The notes under the pieces are model-generated. The model was not told the DNA's origin. It saw nothing but the letters and a program-made list of their open reading frames with translations, and searched no databases. 64,000 bases of DNA from Antedon mediterranea (Eukaryota > Animalia > Echinodermata), in contig NC_092671.1 of the NCBI RefSeq assembly GCF_964355755.1, positions 26,052,070 through 26,116,069 of the forward strand, given 5' to 3'. Shown in pieces: positions 1 through 14,231 of the stretch. The position numbers and the translations under genes are program-made. Within the stretch, counting starts at the first letter, position 1. Each line of letters starts with the position of its first letter.

Positions 1-1869
1 CTCTATTACTTAAAAAGCTACTAATCCATGTTATAAGATAAGTATTTACGTTCATATCACTAAGTTTCCTAATTAGAATGCTAGGTTGCAATGTATTAAA
101 TGCAGAGGAAAAATCTACAAAAGTTGCTCTAACATAACAATTCAAATTATCAACATGACTCTGAATCAAATGGACAAGTGTAAGAACAGCATCATCTACA
201 CATTTACGTACGTCCTTGTGTTGCGTCTCTAGTGAGAACCACGCTTTAGTGAAAGTTCTATCCTATACGTTGTATGCCTACATACTTTATTTTGGAATCA
301 TTGTAGAGGTCTAACATTAATATGCTGTAAATCAACGGCTCAATGTAAATTGTAAAACCTACCATCGGCATGACATCAACTTTGTTTGATCTCCGCCAGA
401 AAATCTTAAGAATTCGCTTTAACTTTCTAATTTTTGTAAAAAGTACTTGTCGAGCAGCAAAAGCAATACAGAATGTAAATACATTAATGTTATTGTTAGT
501 ATGGTAGTGTGGCAACTTGTTGGTACGAGCACCGCGTGTACGCACCACGCAGAAATTACATGAAATCTTAAGAACTCAACAACATGATCGGCGAAAACTT
601 AAAATAATTGAGATTTTCAAGAAAGCTTTGCGATCGATACTAAATATCAAGAAAGAGAATAATACATTGTTGCAATGGACTATTCAGTCGTAATTATTTT
701 GTCATTTTGTTAAAACTCTGTCTTAAATTTTACGAAATGGCAGCAAAATTGTCACCTGGAAAAATTAATTTGAATATGCAAATAATTAGCATTGTTTCAA
801 CAGTTTTCAACAATATTTTAACTACAATTATTCTTCTTACTATTAATAAGTTTAACACTTTTTGTAATGCTATATTTAGTTTATCTTACAACGCTTTTAA
901 AATCTTTTACAATTTCAGTTGGTTAATTGCGATGTGGAATGACATACATAACTGTAAGTGACGTATTTGTCTTTACTCTGGTTTCTCTGCATCACGCATA
1001 AATCTTTCGCCTTTTACTAAAGATTTCCGTGTAGAGGAACAGCTATTGAGTTTTAACTCAATTTTTCTCAACCCTTGTTTTTTGAACGAGGGTAATTTAA
1101 ATGAAGTGTTAATGTCAGAAATGTCATTATCATCAAGACAGGCTACGAGATATACATTTATATTCAAATGTGATTTGTAAATACACTTTATTTGGTCATA
1201 ATGACAGTACCCGTTATGATTTTTTATTGAAATCATAGGCCTAACAAATTACTAATAATTTAATTGTTTTCAACACAATATTGTACCGTATTTCATTGAA
1301 CGCTGTGTTACGTAACAACAAACGTGATTATCAATAACTATTTCAAATATGCAAATGAAGGCATGGTTTTTGTACTTTTTTTCAATGGTTAGTCAATATT
1401 TACGTTACTATTTTTGGTTTATAATAGTTTAAATGTTACAAGGGTAAGAAAAGAATAAATAAATATTTTTATTAAGTAGGCCTATACAAAACATTTACTC
1501 GCCTACAGCTCAGGAAAAGGCCGGTGCGAGAAGTGAATACCATGTTGTGAGGACGTGTTGTGTAGGCCTGTAACTTACTTTTTAACATTTAAAATACTTT
1601 AGTGTCTTGGCTACGGCCCTGTGTTGTTATTGTGTATAGTATGTAACCAGTAAAACAAATTTTAACTACGGGCTTTGAATGTAATTTTCTCTTTATATGA
1701 TACGTTTTTTCGGTACAACTTTGTGTTATCACTTTTAACATAATTATTACGCGTGCATCTTTGATAAACAATAAGTGTGCATGGCTTTTGGAGACAGAAT
1801 TCGCGAATGACATTCTCTGTATTAGGCCTAAAGACGGTTCATGAGGCACAATCCCGAACTTTCGCTCAT

Positions 1870-2200
1870 AAGACATGTGATTTCGCAAACAGGTTTTTGT
1901 TCTCCGTAAAGTCGAAAAACTCCGCTCAGCTTCAGCAGACGTTGGACAGGAACACATATACGATTAGAAGAAGTGCGCGCACGCACATTCGGGAACACAT
2001 CAGGATCCGTTAATTTTACAATAGATTCCGGTAATGTAGCAGGATCGAAGCTCTTGTTGCTGCGAACACAGTCGCTTCCATCGCTGAAGCTCGGAATGAA
2101 GATGTTCGTGTCTTGGCAGATCAGATTCGTACCAAAATTCAAGTTCCTTGAAGACTTCTTCAACATTAAATTTCACGATAGCCTCGGATGCTACCAAATA
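1870..2200 (-). mobile_element. Degraded hAT transposase C-terminal (dimerization domain) remnant
   Basis: Frameshifted minus-strand ORF pieces: FWYESDLPRHEHLHSELQRWKRL, DPDVFPNVR, CPTSAEAERSFSTLRRTKTCLRNHMSYER. The P-x-S-x-x-x-ERSFS-x-L-x-R-x-K-T-x-LR pattern is the hAT dimerization motif. Confidence 0.8.
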
Positions 2201-2728
2201 TTTTAAAGCATGGCCTGTTATCGGCAGAAAAACTTGGTTTTTAAATGATCAAAAAGTTGAATTGGTAATACTGCTCGGTAGTAATCTTCCACAGTGTTTC
2301 CAGGATGATTTTGATCAGTATTGGTGTCTCATGTTTTTTTGTTTTTTTTTCACAAAAAAAAGGAGGACAGGACTCCCGTGACAACCAACCCCCACCACCC
2401 GACCCCACTCCAAAAAATGGTCTGTCCCCGCATTTCAGATCTCTTAGGTTGGTAACTAGGCTATATCAAAGAACTTATAACACAAGAATCTCCTGTTCGT
2501 CCGAAGCGCGTAACAATTTCGAAAGGCATTGTGGGATAGAATAGAGCTATGGGTGGCGCCATTGTGAGCCATGGAGTAGGGCGCCCGCATCAAATTAGAA
2601 AGTCAAAATCATAGAGGGGATCTGCTAATGCTCTAGAGGGGATAGAGTAATTGACTGAGGAGTAGGGCGCCCGCATCAAATTAGAAAGTCAAAATCATAG
2701 AGGGGATCCGCTAATACTCTAGGGGGGT

Positions 2729-5700
2729 TAGTAGAGCAGTTAGTGCCATAAAAATAGCCAAGTTGTGCACTTTATTACCAAAGCATGAAACTTGCCACAA
2801 AGTTTCTTTGATGTATATAGATTAAAAATATCGGGGGGTGCCAAGTGTCCAACGTCCGGTATGGCGGCCATCTTGATTTCAAAATGGCCACCATAAAAAC
2901 AAAAAGTCTTCATATCTTGGCAACTATAAACAGTAGAGACTTGATTCTGGTGTTAAATTGTTCACAAACCACATATTTCTATTTGCTCTAATGAAAAGTT
3001 TCGTCAAAAAATGACCGGAAATGACGTTTCTCCCAGTTTGACCTTTGACCTCTTATCTGTATATCTCAGTAACTACTGATCATTTTCAATCGATTTTGGT
3101 GTCATTTTGTTCAGAATAGAGACATTTATATTTGTAGTAATGAAACATTTTCACATAAAATGACTGGAAATACAATTTATAACCTTTGACATATATAATA
3201 TGTGAACATACTGTATGTGGTTTACATTGGTATAAATGCACCTAATTTTTTTTTTAACGAAATAAATGACACTGCAAAAATGAGCAGGAATTATTATTCT
3301 GAATTTTTGACTTTTGATGTGATAGGATAGGCGTAAAGTATGACAGATCACTGAGAAACAGCAATCACTGAGCTCAACTATGCCGACTTGTTTGCTAAAC
3401 TGTGATGTGTCAATCGTTAGATAAAAGTTTTGGTCCTCTCTCCATCATCTTTTTTTTTTGCAATGTATTATACCATATGGACAATTGTCTGAAATAAAAG
3501 TTGAATTGAATTGTTAGATGCCATTTGGAAATATTTTTGATGTAAAGTAGCATTCTTTCGTTGGCCTCTTTGATGTTGCATATGAGACAAGTTCGGAAAG
3601 TTTTCATTTTCATGAGTTAAGAGAATACCGTCTTTCAAACTTACTACAAACTTATCCTGCATTTGTGCAGTAGACCTACTTTCATTAGTCAGAAACTCAG
3701 ATAATTCTTGTTCATTTTCGTTGCATCTAAAAAAATGTACTCCATTTTTATGGTAATGGGCCTTTGCTGTAAACCATCTGTATCCTTTTCCTCGATTTTC
3801 TCTACTCATTGATTTTTTAGCAAAATCCGAACCAAATCAATTCGTAAAAGACATCTCAATATAATTATTCAAGTAATTCTCAAATTAGTGACATGGACCT
3901 ACAATATACTGTTCTGTACAAGACCTTTTTAGGCATCCACTTGTGAACTTTCACTTTGAAGGTCTTGGTCTCCTAATCATACAAGAAACAATGTCTGATT
4001 TAATCAATCAAAGTAGTGGGTCCAGACAAAGAAGGGGATGTAAGACCATCCACAGACAAAGAAGGGGGTATAAGACCATCACAGACAAAGAAGGGGGTAT
4101 AAGACCATCCACAGACAAAGAAGGGGGTATAAGACTATCCACAGACAAAGAAGGGGTGTAAGACCATCCACAGACAAAGAAGGGGGTGTAAGACCATCCA
4201 CAGACAAAGAAGGGGGTATAAGACCATCCATACACAAAGAAAGGGGTGTAAGGCCATCTACAGACAAAGAAGGGGGTGTAGGACCATCCACAGACAAAGA
4301 AGGGGGTGTAAGACCATCTACAGACAAAGAAGAAAGGGGTGTAGGACCGTCCACAGACAAAGAAAGGGGTGTAAGGCCATCCACAGAGAAAGAAGGGGTG
4401 TAAGACCATCCACAGACAAAGAAGGGGTGTAAGACCATCCACACAGAAAGAAAGGGGTGTAAGACCATCCACACACAAAAAAAGGGGTGTAATACCATCA
4501 ACAGACAAAGAAAGGGGTGTAATACCGTCCACAGACAAAGAAGGGGGTGTAGGACCGTCCACAGACAAAGAAGGGGGTGTAAGACCACCCACTGACAAAG
4601 AAAGGGTATAGGACCACTTACAGACAAAGAAGGGGGTATAAGACCATCCACAGACAAAGAAGGTGATGTAGGACCATCCACAGACAAAGAAGGGGGTGTC
4701 GGACAATCCACAGACAAAGAAGGGGATGTAAGACCACCCACAGACAAAGAAGGGGGTGTAAGACCATCCACACACAAAAAAGGGATTATAAGACCATCTA
4801 CAGACAAAGAAGGGGGTATAAGACCATCCACAGACAAAGAAGGGGGTGTATAAGACCATCTACAGAGAAAGAAGGAGGTGTAAGACCATCCACAGACAAA
4901 GAAGGGGTGTAAGACCATCCACAAACAAAGAAAGGGGTGTAATACCATCAACAGACAAAGAAAGGGGTTTAATACCATCAACAGACAAAAAAGGGGGTAT
5001 AAGACCGTCCACAGACAAAGAAAGGGGTTCACGACCATCCACAGACAAAGAAGGGGGTATAAGACCATCCATAGACAACGAAGGGGGTGTAGGACTATCC
5101 ACAGACAAAGAAGGGGGTGTAGGACCATCCACATACAAAGAAGGGAGTGTAGGACCATCCACAGACAAAGAAGGGGTGTAAGACCATCTACATACAAAGA
5201 AAGGGGTGTAAGATCATCCACAGACAAAGAAGCGGGTATAAGACCATCCACAGACAAAGAAGGGGGGTATAAGACCATCCACAGACAAAGAAGCGGGTAT
5301 AAGACCATCCACAGACAAAGAAGCGGGTATAAGACTATCCACAGACAAGGAAGGGGGGTATAAGACCATCCACAGACAAAGAATGGGGTATAAGACCATC
5401 TACAGACAAAGAAGGAGGGGTAGGACCATATTACCGAGGAAGCATAGGCCTACAAAAAGAAGATGCAATCAAAATAGGCCTACCAGCCACTTGGAAAACA
5501 ATAAATTGTAGAATAACTGAGGCTTGATTGTTGAAATATAAAGGGTTCTTTGTAAGGTCATTAATAATATATTGATATAAACACGATCATCATACTATTC
5601 ATTTGACATTCAAATACAGTCTATCTCGAAAAGAAGCTCATACTATCACCTTTTCGAGGTTTGACGGTATTCCATAACATGTATGTTATTTCCTCTGTCA

Positions 5701-6375
5701 AACTATTAAAACTTTTAGCGAATCAGAAGGTGCCAACATCGTTGAACTAATAATGGTACCACCAAGCACAATATTTACCAATTCTATGTACAATATACAA
5801 TTTAAGTACATTAATCATTTAATATAATTACGCCTATCAGGTCAAAGTTCAAAATTAGGTGCATTTAAGACCACCAAAAACCACATACAGTATATTCACA
5901 TAATTAAAAATCAATAATTAAATGTCAAAAGTCATAAATTGTATTTCTGGTCATTTTATGTAAAAATGTTTCATTACTACAAATATAAATGTATTTATTC
6001 TGAACAAAATGACACCAAAATCGATTGAAAATGACCAGTAGTTACAGAGATATACAAATACGAGGTCAAAGGTCAAACTGAAAGAAACGTCATTTCCGGT
6101 CATTTTTGGACGAAAATTTTCATTAGAGTAAATAGAAATATATAGTTTGTGAACAATTTGAGACCAGAATTAAGTCTCTAATGGGTATAGTTGCCAAGAT
6201 ATGAACATTTTTTGTTTTTATGGTGGCCATTTTGAAATCAAGATGGCCGCCATACCGGACGTTGGACACTTGGCACCCCCCGATATTTTGAATTTATATA
6301 CATTATAGAAACTTTGTGCCAAGTTTCATGCTTTGGTAATAAAATGCACAGCTCATGTCATTAACTGCTCTACTA
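2729..6375 (-). mobile_element. Non-autonomous Academ-like DNA transposon with ~460-bp TIRs
   Basis: TIRs start tagtagagcagtta (2729) and end taactgctctacta (6375). Inverted homology runs to ~3192 and ~5922. 3-bp TSD ggt at 2726-2728 and 6376-6378. The internal remnant 3410-3809 (-) reads FFRCNENEQELSEFL and CNIKEANERMLLY, resembling the NKxELxxFL and HEEADTRxxLH motifs of Academ transposases. Confidence 0.72.
4021..5430. repeat. ~30-bp minisatellite inside the Academ element
   Basis: Tandem unit agaccatccacagacaaagaagggggt(g/a)ta, 29-33 bp, spanning ~1.4 kb. Confidence 0.95.
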
Positions 6376-6922
6376 GGTAGAGTAATTGACTTCCTAGTTT
6401 GGAGGGGGCGCTGCTCCATGCTGTGAAATGGCGTCGCCCAGTTTGACCTTTTAACCCTGTACTTCCGATACTGTGTTTTGAATGCAAATTGAAGAACAGG
6501 AGATTCTTGTGTTATAAGTTCTTTGGCTATATGTAGGCACTTTATGATCCCGCCACTTTTTTATTGATGTTATTTAATATTTTCGATTATATTTTGATAT
6601 ATTCATATCATATACGTACTATGATAGTGATGCCATTCCAATTTAAATAGGGCATTGAATTAAACGGATATGACAAGGATCTTGCACCAAGAAGCCGAAA
6701 GCATCTCATATAGGCGCGGGCAGGTTGAATATGATAATCCATCATTTTGATACTGTGACGCCTGGGTCTCGAAGACTAATCACACTAATTGATTAAAACT
6801 GAACGTTGTCGTTGACACCCCGACGTTTTTGTGTGCATGTTCTGTTGTTGTTAGAAAAGTTTTCATAAGAATTAATCAATTTAATTATTAATTTGTGCCT
6901 GGGCCTAGCCTACTTTGTAAAC

Positions 6923-9900
6923 ATGAGAGACGTAAGTGGGTATTTAAAGGAGCAGCAAAGTCAGGGAAGTGTGGATTTAGTTCAAGAATGGACAGAAATT
7001 GAGGAATTCTACAACAAAAAGTAAGCTTCCCATTACTTTAGTTAGGCCAATAATATTGAATAGTGATTCAGCAATATTGAGTGATATGAGGCTTGAAAAG
7101 TGGTTAGAACCCCGGTGCAGAATATTCACCGCGGCCTCTACCAATCATATCGTAGGCCTAGACAAGCAATTTTGCTTTAGTACTGTGTTTTTATACACAT
7201 TTGACTAGGCATATGCATATAGGCTAGTGCACAATTTGTTGAACACAAAATAAAAACACGAAAACAAAAGTAAATTTTCATTTGTTATCTTTTTTAAGGC
7301 TCTGGCATCAATTGACAGAAAAACTATTGGTTTTTGTCAAGAACCCAGTATTTGCTGACGGAGACGGTCTTCTACAGGTAGGCCTGGCCTATATATTTTT
7401 ATTTTATATATGTATGGATTTATTTAAAAAGTTTGTTTGATAAAAAATAAAAAAAAAAGAATAAAAAAGACACCGCTCCAGTTTTGGACGCTGAGTAGTT
7501 ACATTTGTATATCACCACAGTTATTGATGGGATCACCACAGTTATTGACGGGTGCACCACATGTGTTTCATGACAACATTTTTACAAACATTTGAACGTA
7601 AAGATAGGCCTATAAATATATACTGTAAAAAAATTGAAAGGATATATTTTCATGATTGATTGATTGAAAATAAACATTTAATCTTATAATTCATGAAATT
7701 ATTTGTACCATTGCACAAATATAAAACATTTCATATTTTGTTTTAAAACAATAAGGCAACTATCCAATTTGTATGCATTGCGCACATGCTGAAATTGCAC
7801 TCTTGTAAAAGTTCAATAGAGTATTTATTGAATGTGACCCAATCCCCCAATAAAATGACAAAATATATTCAGGTGTGTTTTAATCTGATGTAAATTCAAT
7901 AGTTTACAGATTCTACCTTTTCTGGATAAATACTCATCTATGTACACATGTTTTATTTTCTTAGATGTATGAGAATTTTATTGCAGACTTTGAACACAGA
8001 ATCAATTTGCTTTCACTCACAGAGATTGTTCTAATTATCATCAAGCAATGCAAAGGTATTACAAATTATTGCTATAAAATTAAATAAGTCTGTAATTTGT
8101 CATTTTAATATCATGGTAATTTAATTACCATATCTTTGGATATAATCCCACTTCAGGTCTAATCCCACTCCCTACTACTTATGTCTATGTTGTTTTCTAG
8201 CGGGGGATTGGTGGCATTAATACCAGTGGATATGTACGGTATACAGGGAAATTTATTTAATATTACTTATTTCAATATTTTTTTTTTATTCACAGAAGAC
8301 TCGGCGGCATTAGAATTTCTCAATAAGTTGAAGGAAAAGGTAAAAAGTATAATCATGATAAATACAGCATCTATATTATTTGGGTTTTTGTCTTACATGA
8401 CACACACTCTCTCTTTCAATTAATGGAAATTAATCAGGATAGTGCGTACATTTCCCTTTTAAGCTCTACTTCTAGGCCCATCTTGGTTACTAAAGGATGT
8501 GTTGACATCCGCGTTCCCAGCCTTGGGGAAAACACACTGGCACATTCATTGTTTACTATAGACAGATAGATACAATGATGTTTGATTGTTTGAAATAGCA
8601 CCCTCTTTGTTTGGGTGTACATTCTTTCCAAATAACAGACACCCCCTATGCTGGCCTAATATTTTGTCTGGTTTTCTGGAAGGCCTAATAATCAGAATGA
8701 AAAAAAAGAATTTTGGTGATCCACTTGACAGTGATTCATTTCACCTTTTGGTTAATCAGTCATTTGAATTTTGAACTCTTTTGTTTGTTTGTTTCGTTAT
8801 GTATTTGTTCGTTTCCGTATTTGATTGTAGGTAAAAGACCATGTGGAGGCAACAGTCCTTTGTTCAACATCCATTGCAATGGTCATGCTGAAAACCAGTG
8901 ATCTAGACACAACCAAGGTAACAGAAGCAATTGTCTTAAGCTCATTCTACACTATTAAAATGTGACAACAAATGTGATGTGCCCATATATGGACATGATG
9001 ATGTCATATCACTACCATATGTGGGCATATCACTACCATATGTGGGCATATCACTACCATATTTGGGCACATCACATTTTAAAGCTCTGTTCACACAATC
9101 AGAGTATCTTGACTGAAATTCAGTTGTTTAGTAAGACCCTATTATATAGCTATTGGTATTAGCATTATAAATGGGTAGACTTAAGAGTGAGTGATTGGCC
9201 GAGCGATTAAGACAGTGGAACCGTAATTACGTAGCCATAACATCGGCAGAGGTTCGAGGCTTACTCACTCCATGGTTCTGGTGGTAGAACGAGTCTTCTC
9301 AGATAAGGACGATAAACCGTAGGTCCAGTGTACACAAGTAGCTTGTGCACTTTAAAGAACCTAGTACATCTTTCGAGACGAGTAGGGGGTTACCCCGGTG
9401 TATTAGTACATCACAGCCACTGATCATAACTGGGCCCTCTGGGAGACCAGTCTTTGACTGAAGAGGTCACCCAGTTTAAAAATAAACTAACAAGACTGAT
9501 TAAATGTATGTTGCCTTGTTATTTACAGTAATTAAAAAAAATCCAACTCCAATAAAAAGCATTTTCTCAAAGGTGGTGATTTAAATCAAAATAATGATTA
9601 TTTGTATCCTGTCCTAAAAAAACATAAACATAATATGCCATTTTGCAGTTTTAAACATTTTAAAAATTACTATTAGATTACTGTTTTTTCATCTAATTTT
9701 TGGTCAATGTGAATAACTGTTATGTGACATTAAAATGGCATATTCAACAAAAACAAAACAATAAAAAAATAATATTTTCAAATTTATATGTTTAAAGTTA
9801 TTAAACATTAAATTTAAATGTTTTTCTTTTAGAAACTGGTTGATGAATGTCAAGCATTACTAGATAATATTGATGGCGTAACAACGGTACATGGTCGCTT

Positions 9901-12900
9901 CTACGACCTGTCAAGCACTTATTATAAAATCATCGGTAACCATGCCAACTACTATCGTGATGCTCTTCGATTCCTAGGGTGTATGTCAATTGATGACATA
10001 CCTGGTAAGTATGTGTAGTAGTAGTACTGAATATTCATCTAGGCTCGCACTGGCCGATCGCCAAGTCGCCATGGGCGAAAACGTTTCTAGATTGGCGAAA
10101 AATAAAACGGCTACTTTAGCCATTTTGGCGATGACATATCATAAAATAGATAATTAAATAATCATTTTGGCGAAAGCATAAAGTCCAACTAAAAGGTCCA
10201 TTTGTCGATCTCCAAGCATTTATTTTGTTCGTTATCACGTTGTTTACTTCAAGCTCCATTTTTCGTCAACTTGTTTCGTTGTACCAGGCGTCTCTTTGTT
10301 ATTTCAAAAAGATGGAGATACCAGAGAGAGAGGTAGACTGCTCAGACGTTACACGACACATGGATGATGAAGTCTACCCAAACTATCACGTGTTGTGCGC
10401 TGCACAAACGATCGACTACGTAGCCGACGGTCGGCTAATTACCGGGATTGTCTATTTTTCGATAGGGGTGTACTTTTCAGATTAAAAAGAAACATTATAG
10501 TATCTTCGATGAATGACGTCTTAATCTTATCGAAATCAAAAATGTATGCGTTATGCATTTTAGAGTCTTCCAATTTAATGTAGTTTCATATTTTACCCTT
10601 AATAAACTTCCCTCGTGCGTCAGTGTAAACAAAACAACATGCGGGAAATGGTAGAGTCTAACGGGGATTTAGCTAAACACACACGTGCATCTGAGCGGGG
10701 CCGGCCGCCGGCTTCTGTGTTGTTGTGTAAATAAATAATAATCGGATAAATTTCTCGCCCTGACAAAAACGCTTCGGCGCAGCCTTGAGGGATGGAAAGA
10801 CGTGTACTCTGTGCTTTGGCCTATATTATCTTACGTTTAACAACGATACGAGTGTTCGTTTGCTAGGAATTTTCCTCAATATTTTTAGCATACGATATAC
10901 CGTTGCGTTGTTGTACATAATTTTGTAGGCCTAGGCCGGCGGTTCTGCACTTTCGCACCTCTTGAGCATACCCAATTTAAGCCGTCACAAGCAAACATGA
11001 CCAGCCAAGCGTAAAAAACAAAAGTAACATAGCGTTCAGGGGATTTTAGAAAACTGTAAAATGTTTCTTATTAAATTGATAACTGTATAAATGCTGTATG
11101 ATTAAAAGCAGTTTGAACAATTGTTTTGATCATGTAAAAAAAATACAAAAAAAATATTTTTTTTAATCATACAGTGACAGTGATTTATTTAGGCATGGTT
11201 CTTTATCTCAATGCCTTACGAAAATGTTCAGAGAACTGTGTATAGACAGACCTGTTGACATAGATAAATTGACTAAAATGTTTTTACCACTATATTTCAA
11301 AAATTTTAAATTTTGGCTAATGACCGATTCATTTGGCTAAATAAAAAAATTTGACTTTAGCCATTTTGGCTATAGATAAACTGATTTGACTAAAAAAAAT
11401 ATTTCGACTTTCGCCAAATGGCTAAACAAAATGAAATGTTAGTGCTACCCCAGTTCATAGTAATTATTACTTTTGCCTGATTAACATTATATATTATTAA
11501 TTTAGAGAAATAAATTTATTTTGGAAATTGCTTCATCTGCATCACATTATGTGTTGTACTGAATATTCTTAATTAATTATTGAGAACACTAGACTAGGCT
11601 TATTTTAATTGAAGATTTTTAATGAAAATATTTTGAATATCAAAAGCTTTTTAAATATTTTTCTTGTAGATGGTGAAAAAAAGGAGAGAGCTTTTAATCT
11701 TTGTTTGGCTGCACTTCTTGGTGAAGGTATCTTTAATTTTGGAGAACTGGTAAATATATCATTTACATAATCTTTTTTTTTGATAAATTTACATTATAGT
11801 TATTTCTGATTGATGCTTTATGCTATGCTATTATAAATAATTCTACAAAACAAAAACAAAATAAAAAAACTCCCCTCAAAAACGAGGATATTTAAGTTAT
11901 ATTAATTTATTCAGGTTGTGCACCACCTGGAATTAATTTATGCAAATAAGGAAACTGTGCTAATATATTCAGCCCAATCAGTGTGTGCATTTGGTGAAAA
12001 TTTAAGCAATGTTTGCAGTGTGGAAGAACGGTTAAACCATGTATTCTGGTACTTGACAGTGAATTCCCAAAATACCCGCTTATATAGAGAAAAAATATTT
12101 AGAAATTTAATAAATTACTATGAAATCATTTTAAAATTTTAATTTTTTTGTGGTTGTTAGAGAAACACAATGAACAGTTTGGTATTATTACTTTAAATTT
12201 CAGCTTGCACATCCCATTTTGGATTCATTAAAAGGAACTGAAAAGACTTGGTTGGTTGATTTACTGTATGCCTTTAATAGCGGTAACCTAGTGCAGTTTG
12301 AAACACTCAAAACCACTTGGAGTCAACAGGTAAAATACTTACCACTATAGGGAGAGTTTTACTGTCTTGATGATGCTACCTTGTTAGCAAATAGTTTCTG
12401 TAACTAAGCACCATTAGATACTAGGATGATAATGATCGACGAAAAAATCGCCCGATGGTGGTGTCACAAACCAATCGCATTTTTAAATGTATTTTTCCTT
12501 CAAAAAACAAAAATTTAAAAGTTTTTATCCTAGAACTATAGGATAATTATTTGTGCTGTCTTTGATGAACAAATAATATTTTCATAAGTTTAATCAGATG
12601 ACAACATGATTAGTACGACCGATAATATTGTGATAACACATTTTTTTGTTCTTATCGATCATGTCATTTGATTAAATTTGTATTTTCATAAAACACAACA
12701 TAAATGATTATCCTATAGTTCTATGATGACAACTTTTCCAATTTGTTTTGTTTTCTGTAAGAAGAATGTGTGTTTATATATTTATTGTTGTACATCATCC
12801 TAGTACTGTATAAACTAGCTTTTATTGTTTTATGAAAACTTGTAAACAAATGAAATTGTTATCATAATTTAAAAAAGAATTAATTAACTTTTGTTTGTTT

Positions 12901-14231
12901 GTAACAGTTATTTCTATTGTCATTGAATAAAAACACATTAATAAAACCCTTTGGACACCCATATTAAGGTTGTTTGTTCTACTGTATTTGATTTACCTTT
13001 TAGCCTGACCTAGCTGCTAGAGAATTAAACTTAAGACAGAAGATTTGTCTTCTTTGCTTGATGGAGATGACATTCACTAGGCCGGCCAATAATAGAAGCA
13101 TTACCTTCCAAGAAATAGCTGGGGCTACAAAACTACAGATGGATGAGGTTAGTATTGAAAAACCAGGCTAAAAAATAGTATATATTATGAGATGAAATCG
13201 AGGCATATACTATAATCTTCAGATTATGAAGGGGTTAATAGCCTGATAAAATCCAATTTAATATTTTGCTTTACATACAACATACATTGCTATTAACTTC
13301 CAAGCAACTACAAGCCCACAAGCTAGTGTCTCACAATACAGAACATTGTTTTTTATTGAACTACATTTTTTTTTCAGTTCTGAGTTTTGCAACTGAACCT
13401 AACAGCTTAATTTTTAAACATATTCACTAAAATCAATTGTCTTTTCCGTCATCTTGGGTTACCACATTTTAAACATTCCACATTCCCAATGTGTTTATTT
13501 TTGTGTTCATTAATTTGTAACACTCATGTTGCCATCTTTTTATTATATATGTGATGTTTTAACTTCAATAAATATATAAACTTGTATCATTAATCTAGAT
13601 CTTACTTTCATTTTGAGGTATTTTTTCTCCATTATTCACAGGTTGAGATTTTAGTGATGAAAGCTTTGTCATTGGGATTAGTAAAAGGCTCTATTGACCA
13701 GGTGGATGCCAAGGTACATATGACCTGGGTACAGCCACGGGTACTGGATAAACAACAGGTGATTATGCTAATTTATTCATCATTTAATTTCTATAGCTAT
13801 TTTGCATTCTCAGTGTATACACCATGGAAACGGACAGAGTCTTACCACCATCTGGTATTGTTTATATTTAATAAATCTGGGAATTGATAACAATAACTTG
13901 CGTTACATTTATTAGAACGTTAAGGGGACACCTTCTGTACCCAACAAAATTCTCCCTTATGTTGCTCTTTGTTCATTCATGGGAACGTCTCCTGAATAGG
14001 GGTGCGACAAAGGAGGGGTTCTTGTACGTTTAACAATTGATGATCTTTACATCATGATGCTCTTATTATTCTAAACCTTCTTTTAACAAGTACATAGTTG
14101 ATTGAAATAATTTACTTTCTGTCCTTCAGATTTCAATAATGCAACAGAGACTGGTTAACTGGTGCGCCGATGTCAAATCCATGCAGATGTTAGTGGAGAA
14201 CAAAGCGCATGATATCCTTGATAAATTATGA
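6923..14231 (+). CDS. PSMD13: 26S proteasome non-ATPase regulatory subunit 13 (Rpn9), 11 exons, 379 aa
   Basis: Exons 6923-7020, 7299-7377, 7965-8055, 8296-8339, 8831-8917, 9833-10004, 11670-11749, 12204-12329, 13004-13147, 13642-13758, 14130-14231 (1140 nt, all GT-AG, phases consistent). Translation includes [40 protein letters not shown] and [31 protein letters not shown] (PCI domain). Confidence 0.97.
8936..9090. mobile_element. Small MITE family member; related copies at ~14341-14390, ~15058-15120, ~16068-16190, 38395-38509
   Basis: Shared core tgtgatgtgccc(a)tatatgg...atgatgtcatatcactaccatatttggg. The 38395-38509 copy shows degenerate TIRs (agttctgtctgcactat / atagtgtagacaaagct) with TAA/TTA flanks, which is Harbinger-like. 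Confidence 0.6.
9186..9485 (+). mobile_element. tRNA-derived SINE, full-length-looking
   Basis: A-box tggccgagcga, B-box ggttcgaggc and terminal stem gagtgagt/actcactc. Body gataaggacgataaaccgtaggtccagtgtac...gcactttaaagaacc resembles a conserved central SINE domain. A-rich tail. Decayed relatives at ~40079-40390, ~42250-42310, ~58685-58830. Confidence 0.8.
10039..11453. mobile_element. Non-autonomous DNA transposon, hAT-like ends
   Basis: Imperfect TIRs ctaggctcgcact / agtgctaccccag. Repeated subterminal ttggcgaa/ttggctaa motifs at both ends. ttcat is directly repeated on both sides (10034-10038, 11454-11458). Confidence 0.55.
12419..12805. mobile_element. MITE with terminal and internal inverted repeats
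   Basis: Terminal tactaggatgat / atcatcctagta. Internal pair tagaactataggataattattt / aaatgattatcctatagttcta. Confidence 0.5.

Larger units (their letters stand above)
2467..6525. mobile_element. P-superfamily-type MITE (CAAAG...CTTTG), interrupted by the Academ element
   Basis: Perfect 32-bp TIRs caaagaacttataacacaagaatctcctgttc at 2467-2498 and 6494-6525. 7-bp TSD gctatat at 2460-2466 and 6526-6532. CANRG termini with a 7-8 bp TSD fit the P superfamily. Confidence 0.8.

Noticed and set aside
258-1236. Short ORFs at the window start
   Set aside because: No recognisable motifs or consistent exon structure.
1605-1621. hAT-like terminus tggctacggccctg
   Set aside because: Its orientation does not fit the adjacent transposase remnant, and no partner end was found.
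4008-5399. Long ORFs up to 409 aa
   Set aside because: They are translations of the 30-bp minisatellite, open in several frames on both strands.
9186-9270. Possible tRNA gene
   Set aside because: There is no proper anticodon arm, and it runs into a SINE body.
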